This document shows positions 25,501 to 41,000 of a stretch of DNA of 64,000 nt, piece by piece. The position numbers and the translations under genes were made by a program. The notes below the pieces were generated by a model that was not told where the DNA came from, did not search any database, and was given only the letters and a program-made list of their open reading frames with translations. Origin of the DNA: Octopus bimaculoides (Eukaryota); NCBI RefSeq assembly GCF_001194135.2, contig NC_069003.1, positions 18,018,296 to 18,082,295 of the forward strand, given 5' to 3'. Position 1 is the stretch's first letter, and every line of letters begins with the position of its first letter.

Positions 25501-27450
25501 AACTATACAGCAATGCCTGTACCTATTCTACACACACACACACACACGATAGCACCTAGACAGGTGATTAGTGCTGAGCTGACAACTTTAAGATAGTGGC
25601 TTTGACAGCTGAACCAAGTAGTACAATGATCAAGGCACTTCATTGCATTTCACACCAATCTACAAAGTTGAAAAGCATACAAATCAATTATTGGTGTAGT
25701 CCACTCTTTCTCTCTAACTATTACATCCCAGATGTACCACTGAATCTAGGATGAGAGGATCAAGAGGGTGTGTATATCTGCTGTGACTACATAGATACCA
25801 AATCATCCTCAACTCAATGTGAGTTGAGGGTGGGACATACATTCACTCAGAAGGTATTGACTGGCTTGGGGCTACAGAAGACACATGCGCAATGTGCTGT
25901 ACAATTGGACTGAACCAAAAACTGCATGGTCTGCAAAGGGAGCTCCTTAATTACACAGCCATGCCTGCACCTATATAATATAAACAATGTATATCTTAAA
26001 ACAATGAGCAGGGCTTCACGGTTGTTTACACAGTGCATATATTATACAGGACAGAGATGGAATGAATGTTGTAGACAGCAGGTAATCACTTAGATTGTGT
26101 CATTCAAAAGCATCTTGTGATAATATAAATATAAATTCTAATTTCCAAAATCTGATTGAGTACTCACGGAGCTATCAATAGAGTCATCTCTGGGTGCTGC
26201 ACTCCTGAAACTCGAAGAAGTGTGTAACATAGATTTTGACATCTCACAACTGGCCATTTCCTGAAGAAAGAAAGGAAACAAAATTAAAACTATTTTCATT
26301 TGTTTGTGTCACAAAACATCAGACTTCACATTTTAATGAATTTCACAAGACATCATAATAGGACAAACTTCAGCCATTTCAATGTTTTACTAGGTCATCT
26401 CACTCAAGTCAAATCTACATTGATTTCAGTTAGTGATCACCTAATATTGTTCTACATACCTATTTCTTCCTCGTTTTAATGTCCATTTTTCAATGCATGC
26501 AATGGTCAGTTTATTGAAGCAGATTTTTTTATGGCTAATACCCTGCCTGTCATCAACCTTCACCAGTTCTTCAAGCAAGGTAATATTTCCATCATGGCCA
26601 GACATGTTTTTGCCGAAGATTGGAAATGAATGACACTGCTTATGTGACAGTGATATTTACAACTATCACATGATGTCCAAACAAGAGGACACAAACACAT
26701 GACAAGCTTCCACACAGTTTCTAACTACTAAACCCACTCACCAAGCTTTGGGCAGAAGACACTTGCTTAACTCTTTAGCATTTAAATTTCTCGTCAAATG
26801 TAATGCTTATTCATTCACATTGTTTTGAATCAATCATTCATTATCTCGTAGCTTCAAGATTTTGAAGAGGTGATTTTTATTTTTAGAATGACATTGTAGG
26901 CTAGGTGTGAGAGGCTGGATCTGGCCTGTTTGAATATAAAACTAGTAGAATATTTGGGCCAGACATGGCCAGCTTAAATGTTAAAGGGTTAAGATTCCAC
27001 ACAGTGGGACTGAACCTGAAATATGGTTGGGAAAAAAAACTTAACACACATTAGTTAAACTCATCTTTCAGTGGTATGGCTTTGCTTTATGATGAGCTAT
27101 ATCTTAGAAGGCTCATTGATAGAGTAAGGGTACCTATGACATCTGTTTAAGGATTTGTGTTTGCTATATAAAATACACCCAATTTATTTTGAAGCCATCT
27201 CTGAAAGGGTAGAGTCACTTGACTGGATGCTTTTTATGTGGTACCAGCACTTGCAAGACAAAGATCCTTTAAGAGGGAAGAGGGCATTGGAGGAGGTAAT
27301 CTTGTGCTAGATGATGAAAGGTTGGAGTGTGACAAAGAGACAGAAACAAGTGTCTTGCTGTAGAGGTACATGGTTACGTGGCCATATAGAGAGATCAAGA
27401 ATGAGGACAGAAACAGGTGCTGCTGTGCAGGACATACATGGTTACCCAAA

Positions 27451-27482
<32 letters not shown>

Positions 27483-30400
27483 GAAGATAGCAACAGTGTA
27501 AAAGAGAGCAGGAGAGAGAGAGAGGAAGATAGCAACAGTGTAAAAGAGAGCAGGAGAGAGAGAGAGGAAGATAGCAACAGNNNNNNNNNNNNNNNNNNNN
27601 NNNNNNNNNNNNNNNNNNNNNNNNNNNNNNNNNNNNNNNNNNNNNNNNNNNNNNNNNNNNNNNNNNNNNNNNNNNNNNNNNNNNNNNNNNNNNNNNNNNN
27701 NNNNNNNNNNNNNNNNNNNNNNNNNNNNNNNNNNNNNNNNNNNNNNNNNNNNNNNNNNNNNNNNNNNNNNNNNNNNNNNNNNNNNNNNNNNNNNNNNNNN
27801 NNNNNNNNNNNNNNNNNNNNNNNNNNNNNNNNNNNNNNNNNNNNNNNNNNNNNNNNNNNNNNNNNNNNNNNNNNNNNNNNNNNNNNNNNNNNNNNNNNNN
27901 NNNNNNNNNNNNNNNNNNNNNNNNNNNNNNNNNNNNNNNNNNNNNNNNNNNNNNNNNNNNNNNNNNNNNNNNNNNNNNNNNNNNNNNNNNNNNNNNNNNN
28001 NNNNNNNNNNNNNNNNNNNNNNNNNNNNNNNNNNNNNNNNNNNNNNNNNNNNNNNNNNNNNNNNNNNNNNNNNNNNNNNNNNNNNNNNNNNNNNNNNNNN
28101 NNNNNNNNNNNNNNNNNNNNNNNNNNNNNNNNNNNNNNNNNNNNNNNNNNNNNNNNNNNNNNNNNNNNNNNNNNNNNNNNNNNNNGAGAGAGAGAGAGGA
28201 AGATAGCAACAGTGTAAAAGAGAGCAGGAGAGAGATGGTATCAAACTATCAAGACATACTCACAAGGAATGGGGATCAGAATATAAATGGGATGATAGGA
28301 GGGGGGGGGGGCAGTCCCAGGCAAACTCTCAAGGCATGGAGGTCATAATATAAGTAGCGGGAGTAGGAAGTAGAGACTTCACATGGATGCACAGACTGGT
28401 GAAAAATTGGGTGAGGGACTACAGGATGGCAATGATACAGTGAGGACAGGATTGGGGACAGAGATAAGCATAGTGCATGAAAGAGGAAACGTGAGGAAGA
28501 AATGTTTGGTTTGTTGGGGTAGGGTGTGTGAAAAGTTTTATTGTTATGTGTGGGTGAAACACACAGCACTTCTAAAACTAAGTTTTGCTGATATGGGTGG
28601 GTCTTCTCAAGAACCTCATAGTGCCATTTCAATCTCTTCTCTTTTTTTATTCCTTCTCCAGTCATGGACCATATCTAGACATTGCAATCATGGAATTTCA
28701 AGCCAAAGCCCGAAGAGCCACAAGCAATTTACTCTGCAAGCCTTCTGCTTGCTTGAGCTTAGCCTTGGGGTATAAAGCCTATTTAATCCTTAGACAGAAT
28801 GAGTGATTCCCATGACATCAGAGCATGCTCACACACAAATGAGGCTGTGTGATTACATGTAGGGCCCAGCTCTCCTCTGAGTCCCATATGCCTTAACCAG
28901 AGAATCATCTTCTGCTATTTGACCCACAACTGAGGCCCTTTACAAGTACTTCCATCCTAGACCAGAAGAGACTATTACAAAGCTATGTAACCATTACAAT
29001 GTTTACATAGCTGGGCAACATAGTATATTTTTTTCTTAAAAACTGCCAACAGGTGCATGATTGCAGCATTGTTATATTTCTTGGCTGGATAACTTTACCT
29101 ATCACCAACTATTTTGCAACAAATAAAGCTTAAAAATTGTTCCATCCAAACCTATATTCTCATCATAGACTTCATTCAAACTTTACTTTTACTACTATTT
29201 CTAGCAAGCACCCAACATTCTACATTGGCTGTAATCTGGAATATACTATATTGACCCGGTCTTTCTACGTCAAGGGACATAACTGATTACTGCCAAACAT
29301 CTTGTCGTTTGCACATATACCTTCTATACACAATACAATCAGTTTCAGTATAGTTTTACTCTAGAGCTGGATTTTTTTTACGTCTGAACCACAGCCCCAT
29401 ATGCATATTATATCACACATACATATAACAATGCTTTAAGCTCAGCAAGTATTAAATTTTTGCTGACACAAAACACTATCTAAAAGCCACTATCACTAAT
29501 TAACTCTTGAAAATGATGAATTTAGTAAAGTAACTGGTGTTTGAAACCATGAAATTTTGAAAGGTTTTAATTTAGATCACTTTAAAACAGCAAGTCTAGA
29601 GCAGGTTGGTACATTAAATCTGAATTATTATTTTTTTATAAAAAACCTGAGGCCCAGAGAAAACATCTCAGTGACTCATCTTGTTACTAACCCCCAATCA
29701 AGTTTTACTTACCTCACCAGTGTTGTTCAACAAAGTTGTTCTCATGCTGTCTGACACAAACCACCTTTGGGATTTCATAACCAAATCTGATGGAGGGTTA
29801 TGTGTCTGGCCACTATCTGCACTCCAAACCTGAAGCAGAACAGAAAAAGAGGGAAAAAATATATAAAAGTGGTTAACAGATGGTTAAAGCATGGGTTAGA
29901 CAAATATTGAGGAATCATTTTATAGCCAGATACCCTTCCTTTTACCAATCCATATCTTTTTTTCTAGTAAGGGATCTCTTATTTCACATACTTTTGAAGG
30001 TGCAAAGGTAGTAGACAATTTAACATGGGAAAATGACAACACACTGTGTGTGTATCTATCTTTATATGTATACATACATACATACAAAAAGCTAATCATC
30101 AAATCCATCCACAAGGTTTTGGTCTGTTGGGCTATAATAAAAGACACTTGTTCAAGGTACTGTGCAATAGGACTGAACCCCGAACCAAGTGCTTGGGAAG
30201 CAAACTTAACCTGCACCTATTGAAAATATGAATGAAGGATAACACTACTATAATTTGACTTAGTCACAAGAGAGCTATGTTCTGTTCTTTGCCATCTGCT
30301 TTAACCCTTTAGTATTCAGATTACTGTCAAGTGTAATGCTTATTTATTCACAATGCTTGGAATTAATTATGCACTATCATGTAGCTTTGGGATTTTAATG

Positions 30401-33400
30401 TGAATGTATATTTTTGGAATAATATTGTAAGGTAGGTGTTAGAGACCAGATCTTGACAGTTTGAACATAAAACAGATAGAATATTTGGGCCGGATATGGC
30501 CAGTTTAAATGCCAAAGGATCACAGGACTATAGAGCAGGGAATAGCAACCTGCAGTGCTCAGGCTGCATGTGGACTATTACAACTTCTCATGTTTTATGA
30601 TTTCGCAAATTATACAAACAGTTTTTTACTAAAAGTTTGTAAACTCAAGTGCATTTGCTTGCTTGCACCAAAAGAAGATGACTACCCAGTCAACTGTGCC
30701 AAATCAGTGGTATTCATACAGTGGCACTCAACCACCTCATTCTGAACCACCAGATAATAAAACAGCTGGCAAATCAGGTTTGTTATTACATCAATTGAGA
30801 GATATAGAAAAAGCCATTTTGATAAAGAGGGAGTATCCATATAGTAACCCAAACCACTAGAAAAAGTAACCAAATCTCTGTCACAACTGGAATGTATTCA
30901 AGATAAGTTTGTTCAATTAGGGGTTGACCTAGGGTTAAGCAACATTTCCAACATAAATAGTGTAACAGAGTGAGAACAAGTGAAAGAATACTTACGGTGA
31001 TTGTAACACCAGGTTTTACAACGGCTTTTGAATGGAACTTGAAAACAGTCTCATCTACTCCGGTATCATGCTTTAGTTGCCAGCCACCAATGCTTATATC
31101 CTAGAACCAATAGATAAATAAGATTATCAAATTACAAGGCCATAATTTCGGGGGAGGAGCTAAGTCAATTAGATCAACCCCAGTGTTCAATTTGTACATA
31201 TTTTATTGATCTTGAAACAATGAAAGTCAAAGTTGACCCTGGAAGCATTTGAACTCAGAATGTAAAGACGGACAAAATGCCGCTAAGCATTCAGTTAGCT
31301 CACCACCTTCTTAGCAACAGCAACAACATGTAAAAGCTTAGAAATTGTAAATAAACATTTTTAACAGCTATGTCTTTAGTGTTAGCAAATACTGATCCCA
31401 GTTTATTTGAGATATATAAGCCTCCATCTTCAGCAGGGCAACAGTCTGTTGCAAGGTAAAACTCCAGCCTCAGATTAACAAAGTGGACAAATATGAAATC
31501 CAGTATCTTGCTCAAGGACAACACAGCACCCAGCCCAACATGATCCTGAGCCAAACACTAACCACTAAGCCAGTATGCCCTTGATTTAAATTAACCCAAA
31601 TATTTGACTGGGACTGACTTCTCAGCAATAAGACATGACAAAATTAATATCAGAGAATTTACATCCTTTTGGATTCAATAAAATATGGAAATATAATAAA
31701 TTCTAATTTAGGAACACAGCCAAAAATTTTGAAGGAAGAGGGTTAGTTGATACCAGTAACCTCAGTACACAACTGGTACATTGCTGTGTTGGCCCTGAAA
31801 TGATGAAAAACAAAGCTGACTTTAATGGGATTTGAACTCACAACAACAGTGTCAGATGAAATACCACAAAGAAGCTTTTCTGACACTTTAACAATTCTGC
31901 TAAACTTGTGCCCTAATAGTTTCTGTAATAAATGTTCCTAAAATAGAGAGAAGGCCTGACATTCTGGGGAGGAGGGCACTGGGCCAAGGCTTTACTGATT
32001 TCAGCACTCAACGGGTACTTTCTTTTATTAACCTTAGAGGGATGAAAGACCAAACTGACCTTCGTAAAAGTTAAACTCAGAATGGAAAAAGCTGAAACAA
32101 ATACCACAAAGCATTGTTTCAAATTTTGGTGCAAGGCCAGCAATTTTAGTGGGAGAGTCTCAGTTGATTACATCATTAGAGCCACTACACCGTTCTCATT
32201 ATTTCTTAAATAATAAATAAATTCACTGACCTTCTCACCAGAGTTGATTAATTTGATAAACTTCCCATCGGAATCTACTGAGTCAATACTTAAGGCTGAT
32301 TTACACTGGGATTTTGAGGCATAACCTTCATTCTTTGAAGAAACCTCCTCACTGCTGCTTTCTGTAGTCACTTTGCGTTTCTTGCCTCGAAGTTGAGTTT
32401 GAGTTCGAGACCTGGGAGAACTGCATTCGGTGGCAGAGAGGTTCAATCTATGGAAGAAAGAAAGAAAGGAAAAAAAAAAGAAAAAAAAAAAGCAAATTAA
32501 TACATCAAAGATAACAATTCAAACACTCCCTTATATTTCACCATCTGGAATTTTTTTTTTGTATGAGGAAACCTAAGAAAGCTTTGGTGATAGAAAGACG
32601 TTTGGCCATAAAACAACTTAACTGTAATCTCACAAATTGTAGCTGTAACTCAGCCTGTTGTATGTGGAGTGAGAGTAAATGTGTGTGTGTGTGTGTGTGT
32701 GTGTAACCTTGTCTGGATATTACGTGATTGTTAAAAACAAGCATCAACGTCACACAAATAGTATTTCATTTCCAGTTATCCATGAAAGCAGACAGATACA
32801 CACACACACAATGAGTTTCTTTCCATTTCCACATCTACGAAATTCACTCATGGGGCATTGGTCCACCAGGGACTGTTTCAGAAGAAAACTTCTTAGCTAC
32901 ACAGTCATGCCTGTGCTTATTTTTCAATGAAGTGTTTATAGAAAGAAGAAATTTAATTAGTTATTACTTTTTAGAAAGGTTAAGGAAGAAGACATGGGAT
33001 GAAGTATGAAAGGCTGATCCCAAAACGCCGAGCCTTATGAAGGGGATAACAGAGGACCAAGATATGTAGTGCATTGCTGTACTCAAGAAGACCCACCCAC
33101 CATAACAGAAATGGAATTCTAAAACAAAGGTACCACATAAAAAGCACCCAGTACACTCTGTACAGTGGTTGGCATTAGGAAGGGCATCCAGCTGTAGAAA
33201 CCAAGCCAAAAACAGACTGTGGAACCTGGTGCAGCCACTGGCCCTGTTAGTTCCTGTCAAGCCATCCAACCCATGCCAGTATGGAAAACAGACATTAAAA
33301 TGATGATTATTAATTAAATAAATTAAGCTATGTCAGTTTGGAAATAGTCAAAGTAAAATGTAAAAAGATTAGAAAAAATCCCCTAGTTTCTTGCCACACA

Positions 33401-36073
33401 AATCCCCAAATATTTCCTTTTTCTTACCTCTCTTCTTCACCTTCCAAAAGTTTTCGGTATGCAGCAAGTTCCAAATCCAGTTTGACTTTGATACTCCAAA
33501 GCTCAGCTGACTCAGCAGTCATATCAGCAAGTTTGTTGCGTAGGTCTTTAATCTCTTCATCCTTTATACTAATCTTCATTTGGAATTCTCGACTCTCACG
33601 CTCAAGCTGTCCTTCCAACTCACTGATACGAGACAGAAATTGGGCATTCTGGACAGAAGAAGAAAGAAAAGGAAAGTTAGATGAAGCTAACTCGTGTGAT
33701 ACAAAACCAAAGGAATTTATATAAAGATCAATTGCAATTCGCAACAGAAGACTCTCCTCCAAACACCAGCTCTCTGTACTATTAACTTGTAGACTGTTTG
33801 ATCTCACCACTCTTACAAAGGCAGCAAAGCTCACAGGCACTGCCCCTTACTTCATATTAAACCAAAACTCACAAATGGAAATATACAATATTCTTAAGTT
33901 GAACCATGGCACGAATTCAACACAGAAAGTAAAAAGTCAGAACAATTGTCACAAAGTGTTTTCGCTGACATCCTAATGATTCTGCCAATCCACCGCTTAA
34001 TAAAATAAGGATTGTTTCTGATTTGACAATTATTTTCTATGATAGGCACAAGGCCTGAACTTTTGAGGGAAAGGGGCTTAACTGGTATTTATTTTATTGA
34101 CCCTAAAAAAATGAAAAAAAAACAGTAGACCCTGGTGAACTTTTAACTCAGAATGCAAAGCCTGAAGAAATGCTGCGAAGAATTTCGTCAGGTATGGTAA
34201 TGATTCTGCCAGCTCGCTGCCTTATAATAATCCTTTCTACTAAAGGCACAAGGCCTGAAATTTTGGGGAACAGAGCAAGTTGATTACATCAACCCCAAGT
34301 ACTTGACCAATACTTATTTTATTGAGCCTGAAAGGGTGAAAGGCAAAATCAACCACAGCGGATTTTGAACTCAAAATGTCAAGTTGGAAAAAGTGCCACT
34401 AATCATTTTTCCAGGGCAGTAACAATTCTGCCAGTCTTCCACCTTAATAATAATAATGGTTTCAAATTTTGGCACAAGGCCAGCAATTTTAGAGGAAGAG
34501 GTAAGTCAATATCAACTCCACTGCTTGACTGACACTTATTTCGTTGATCCTGAAAGGATAAAAAGCAAAGACAACCTTGGCAGAATTTAAACTCAAAACA
34601 GAGACAGAAGAAATGCTACTAAGCATTTTATCCAGAATAATAATAGTAGTAGTAGACAAATTACCTGTGCTCTCAAGCCAGACAACTCTGAGAGGAGTTC
34701 CTCCACTCGGCGCTTCGCAGTCTTCAATTCGTCACGCATAGAAACAGAAACATTCTGGCCACGATCAATTTGAGCTTGCAAGCCACTGAGCTGTAAAAAG
34801 AAGGTAACATTAAAGAAAAAAACCTTGAAGAAGAAAGGAAAAAGGTCTAGGCATGGCCATGTATTTAGGAAGTGCATTTCGTAACAAAGTGGTTCTGAGA
34901 TTGATCCCACTGCATGGCACCTTCAATAAATGACTAGGCACAAAGTGTATGATGCTCTTTTATTGCAATTTGGTTGATAGAAGCTATGGGGAAGGCTATT
35001 ACACATGCATGTATAGTTTTGGAAAGGATATCAGTAATTAAACTAATAAACCAGTGCTTTTCAACAGAAATAGTCTGGTTTTTACACCAGGCCATATTAC
35101 TGCACAGGTAAACATTCCTTTGCTCCTCTTAACAGGAATGTAGTAAACTAGTGGCTGGCTTCTTGAAAATCTGTAATTAACAACATTATTACTTTGTTAG
35201 TTTGTATATGGATTTCATCATTATATGTTCACTTTCCCAGGTGTGCATGGGTCAGATGGAATTTTTGTTGCAGCAGATTTTCTATGGCCGGATACCCTTC
35301 CTCACCTGTTTCCAAGCAAGATGACAATATTTTCCTGTAGCTGGACATGTTTTATAGAAGAATGGAAATGAATGATACCACTTGTATGTTGGAGACACTC
35401 ATTTACAAGTATTATGTGATGTCAAGACAAGGGGACTAAAATGTCCACACATGTATACATATTACATCTATAAGCTTCTTTCAGTTTGTCATCCAAATCC
35501 ATGTACAAGGCTTTGGTTAGCTCAGGGCCAACATGCTGCATAGTGGGACTGAACCCAAAATCATGTGACTGGGAAGCAAAGCCCTTAACCACAGAAGTAT
35601 GTCAGAATAGAATAACAACAAATATTTTGAAAATTAGGGTAATTAAAAAATGCATGTAATGCACCACCCTCAGTGTCCATAGATAACAAAAAAATTCTAC
35701 CGGCCACCTTGAAAAGCACTACTTTATGCCATAAAAAAGTAAAATCTAACCATATAAACATTGATATCAACAAAAACCACAGAACCAATACCGCAAATGC
35801 AAAAAGGCAGTTAATTGAAGGGATACAAAAGGGATTGAACTTACTTTTGTTTCATAGAACAGCTCGACTTCTTCACGGACCATCTGGATGTGGGACTCGT
35901 GTTCCTCACGCATCTCTCGCAGAGCATCTGCGAGCCTCTCTTCATAGGCTGGGGCGATACCACTGTCAACCTCCTCTGTGATGACCTGGCGTGATCGGCT
36001 CTCATTGAGCTCCTACAGAAGGATATTCATGAATAGTGGTGAGGATGAGTGGGTGAGTGTGTGTGTGTGTGTG

Positions 36074-36136
<63 letters not shown>

Positions 36137-37677
36137 ATACAGAGAGAGAGATTAATATAGTAGTTTGATACAAAATGAGAGGGACAGAATGGAGATGAGA
36201 GAAATAGGTCAAAGAGGGAGAGTGGAGGTGGAGAGAGGAACAGATGAGTGTAGAAATAGGGTGAAACAGAGAAGGGAGATGAACTGAGTTATAACTGAGG
36301 TGCATGTCATTTTTCCACAATAAAGAGTCACAACCGTTTCAAGATAAACCCGCTTAGAGAGACAACACACACTGGATGCCTCATCCCTCATTTACTGCTA
36401 CTGCCCTTGCTAACTTCTGGTCATAGGCAGTCAGGTAGAACCTAATTTTTCTCATACAAGTAACAGAAACAGAACCAACCATGAAGCAATCCAGTAGCTA
36501 CCTCTAAGTTTATCAAAAATAAACTGGGATCATTATGCAAAATGTATTCTGCTCCTAGTCATTCAATTTGTTAGAAATAGCAGTCAGATCCCTACAGACG
36601 TTTACAGTGGACATTGTACATTGAGATATACAGAGTAGCCAGGGTTGGGACACCCAAGATTTTACATAATACAATGGTGTCATGCACACATGACTGCAAT
36701 TATCTTTTATCTTTTCCTTGTTTCAATCATTAGACAGTGGCCTTGCTAGCGGACACGCTTGAAGGGTTTAGTTGAATGAATTGACCTCAGTACTTTCCTA
36801 CAGCTGGATGCCCTTCCTAATGCCAACCACTTTACAGAGTGTACTGGGTGCTGTTCATGTGGCACCAGCACCTATGAGCCTGCAAAATTAGGGATGCTCA
36901 GCTGGAAAGGGTTGCAAGGGATGAGTCTGTATACAAGGGCAACCACGCTTTTACCAGCGTGGAAAGCGGACATTAAACGACGATGACATATATATAATAA
37001 TAATAACAAATGCGAAATCCTGCCTGTCCGGGACCCCTGTATCTCAGTCTACATTCGCTAACTTTTTGGAATCAGGATGAACCTGGAATTGAAAATCTGT
37101 CCATTTGGTTCTTGAACATCCAGTATCGGGATTCAATTTAAAAACATTTAGGTTGCTATTTCTTACAGGTAAAGCTTGGCTGATTCACACCATCTTGGTT
37201 GGCATTTGTCAGATGATGTCAGAGATCAAGGACATTCACTTTATTAATTTTATGTTGAGATAACAAATTTGGGACAAACTGGCTAACAGTTGGAATTCAA
37301 ATTGGGACTGGAACAATAGAATGATTGCATTACAGAACTAATTCTTATCTGTTCTTAACCTCTGATCAAACACCACAAGGGCATATAGTCATGCTATTTC
37401 GCTCCCTTTAGTTTTGGGTTACAGGCGCAATTAGCCCTCCACAGGAGCAAGCTTAAAAGTCTGCAGAGTGCGGGTTTTAAGCTAGTATATAATATACATA
37501 CACACAGGCGTAGGAGTGGCTGTGTGGTAAGTAGCTTGCTTACCAACCACATGGTCCCGGGTTCAGTCCCACTGCGTGGCATCTTGGGCAAATGTCTTCT
37601 ACTATAGCCTCGGGCCGACCAAAGCCTTGTGAGTGGATTTGGTAGACGGAAACTGAAAGAAGCCCGTCGTATGTATG

Positions 37678-37708
<31 letters not shown>

Positions 37709-38022
37709 ATGTGTTTGTGTCTGTCCCCCCCAACATCGCTTGACAACCGATGCTGGTGTGTTTATATGCCCGTAACTTAGCGGTTCGGCAATAGAGACCG
37801 ATAGAATAAGTACTAGGCTTCTAAAAGAATAAGTCCTGGGGTCGATTTGCTCGACTAAAGGTGGTGCTCCAGCATGGCCACAGTCAAAAGACTGAAACAA
37901 GTAAAAAGAATAAAAAAAAGAAACACAAACATATATAGTAAAACTAAAAAGGAAAATGCACTGGAACATAAATAGTACATTTCCCTTGTACTTTTACTAT
38001 AATTCACTATGTGGTGTCCTCA

Positions 38023-38075
<53 letters not shown>

Positions 38076-41000
38076 CACACGCACATACATACATAATTGC
38101 ATATAACACTTCCTAAATCAAGGGCGACAGCAACCATTTCATTTTAAAGGCAATAAAAAAGCAATTCCCATCAGCTTGTTGATCTAGAAAAAAATTTGTA
38201 GATGAGGAAACAAAATGTTTGTTTTGGTAGCTAAATAGTCAAAACTAACAAGAGAGAGAAAGAAACAAACAGATACACACACACACACACACACAGAGTA
38301 GACCTAACATGCCACCTAATTTCACACCAGCACCTATAAAATCTCTTATATGACTTGCCTGAGGTTAAATATTACCACCACCATCATCATTTGGCTTGTT
38401 TTTATATGCTCAGTCAAAATTCTATAAACCATCTTAGAAATAATGGAGTTACAATAAAAGAGAAAGAACATATTTTTCCATCCATTTATTGGCTCAGATC
38501 TGCATTTTATCTACATCAAAAAGATATTTCTTGAAGATAAGCCAGGAGCAATCTCGTGTGAGTTAGAACGCTGATATAGTCATACAATATTTAACCCTTT
38601 GTTACCATATTTCTATTGAAATACACTGCTTTTGTTTCATTTAATTTTGAAATTAATGAAGAATTTAATAAAATAACTCATTATTATTAATCATGAAATT
38701 TAGATGGAAGGTTTTACTTCAGGCCACTTTAAAATAAAAGTTTGTATCATAGAACCACGGGTAGTCTCAGTTGGGTTGAGTATAAAAGAGATAAACACAG
38801 TAGCTGTACTTCAAATCATACCCTACCAACTTGGGAAAGATCAACAAATTGAAGTAGTCTTGTATATTTCCCAAAAGGGGTGATCATGGTTGAAATCCTT
38901 TTGATCACAAATCTGTTCAATAGTTTGACCTAGGGACTAGACAACATTATAAAAGTAGAAACAAGTTTCCAGCCATTGATTGTTAACTTAGCAGTCATCC
39001 CTAATGACCATGCCCTGTATATGACAACTGGGTGTTGGAAGTGTAAATAGAGGGAAGACCACTCGCAAGCAAGATAGAAAACTAGTCAAACCTGCCTCTC
39101 CAGAGGTGACCTACTTTACAAATACAGAGACACAAGGTGCTTATATGTATGCATGTTATCTGTGCATAGCACATCTGCATGCTCATGTAAAGAATACAGT
39201 GTATATGCATACGCACACAAACCACACTGGTGTGCACACAGAAACCATACCCATATGTATAGGGTGTCCATACACATAGTATGCAGGAGTACATACCGTG
39301 TCAACACATTCACACAAAATACTGTATGTCTTCAACAAAACACACACCTCAACACCAAGAGGACTGGGTACACATGAATATAATTGTGGTTGTACATAAC
39401 ATTTGGTTAGTCATATAAATGACAATGGAAGCAACAGCAACCATAGTTGTAAAATATTACTAGTGACAGTCACTGTGTTACTAGTAATAATAATATAAAG
39501 TGTTGGCCAAAAGTAGCAGCAGCAAGTAAATACCGAAGGCAGACATGCTTAAATCTAAATGTTTGTCATTAGTGTTAGAGATGTGGCAAAAATGTGATAA
39601 AAGCAGCAACTATATTGGACATTTTGTAGCAGTGCAGTGTGAACTTAAATGAAGTTATTGGTCTTATATTCAATGTTTCAAGGGAGACCATGTAAATTTC
39701 AACCTGCTAGAAACAGCAACCAAATGTTCCACAAATCACTGCTTGTATTTAAAAAGAAAGGAGACATTAGATAATGAAGGCCTAGACCAGCTATGGGTAA
39801 ACTGTGACCCATGAGACTTTCTGAATGGCATGCCTATTGAAAATTAACTTTTTTTAGTAGTGTGACCTGTCTGATGAGACATGGCTCATCCGGATTACTT
39901 CATGAAGAAGGTTGCCCATGCCTTGTCCAGACAGAGTGTATCTGAATAAAAGATGGAATGGTCACAGCTGCAGTATCTGATCATAGGTCCACAAAAACTG
40001 ATCTGGGCTCAACACTGTAAACACTGATGTTTTAAAATCTTCTATTTATTTTGCAATATTGGCATGCATTTGAAATGGATGAATGCCCAAAACTACATAT
40101 TATTGTAATCTAATAGCCAATATTAGAGCTGCCATGTGGTTGCCCTAATCTGCTAGAAACAGCAGTTAATTCTACCAAATCACAACTATTTGGAAGAATG
40201 ACATGCTGCATAATTATAAATAATGTAAAAAAAATTGATGGCATCTGGATGGTTCACCATCTTGGAATAGTGGATCATCAGCCCTCCTTGATCATGGCCA
40301 ACCTGAAACTAAACAACACTCTTCCATGAAGGAGTTACTTTCAAGTTTGCTTTTTGAGGAAAATTCCTTAAGATATCTTCACCGAAGGATTAGGGAGCTA
40401 TGTGCATTTGGATTTGATCCACTGACCATCAAGCCCATAGTGTCACACACTTTAGATATTCTATGAAGCCTTCATCTAAGCCAGCATAGCAATGCAAGAG
40501 AAAATGGAGCGAAAGAAATTGCTTACCTGCTCAAAAACTTGAGACTTGAAGGCCATATCTTCTCTCAGACTTTGCAGGCGATTCTCAAGGTCCACTCTCA
40601 TCAATGTCTCCTCTTCCAGCTGTTTGCGGGCTGTTGCCAATTGAACTTCCAGGGCATTGAGGTCAGATCGGAGAGACTGAAATTATAAATACAAAATAAT
40701 AGTCTGCAGAGTCTCAATAAAAGGGAACATGGGGCAAAAAATACATTTAACACACACAAGGGGTTGAATGATGTTGAAATTGACTACCCTGCTTTCATTT
40801 GTGTATTATTTCTTCTTCCCACTGTCCCCACTTCTTAGTTACCATCTCATTAACAGCAGATCCATGGTTCAATTCTCATGAGCATTCTTAGATACATCTT
40901 TTTTTGCCTCTTTTTAAGTTCATCTTTGTAAAGTGACTAAATTTAATTTTCATTTATAATTAAAATATTCTATCATTTATTAATAGTCATCTATTGCAAA

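Noticed and set aside
25630-25660. Acceptor at tttgtag| followed by WCEMQ* (CaaX-like)
   Set aside because: CEMQ is in phase 1, but exon 10 ends in phase 0 (which gives IGVKCNEVP*), and no bridging exon was found.
26138-26167. Lamin C-like read-through of the exon 10 donor (VSTQSDFGN*)
   Set aside because: The parallel with lamin C (GTGAGT read as V-S) is tempting, but I saw no AATAAA or ATTAAA on the minus strand just downstream, and any intron gives a nearby stop.
27468-28230. CRISPR-like regular repeat
   Set aside because: Contiguous identical units without unique spacers in a eukaryotic intron; a minisatellite.
1457-28244. Long ORFs at 1457-1991, 4876-5793 and 27234-28244
   Set aside because: Open only because of N runs, dinucleotide tracts or the 42-bp minisatellite.
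33338-33724. 128-aa plus-strand ORF, and similar ones at 35673-35981 and 42615-42908
   Set aside because: Antisense shadows of lamin coiled-coil exons.
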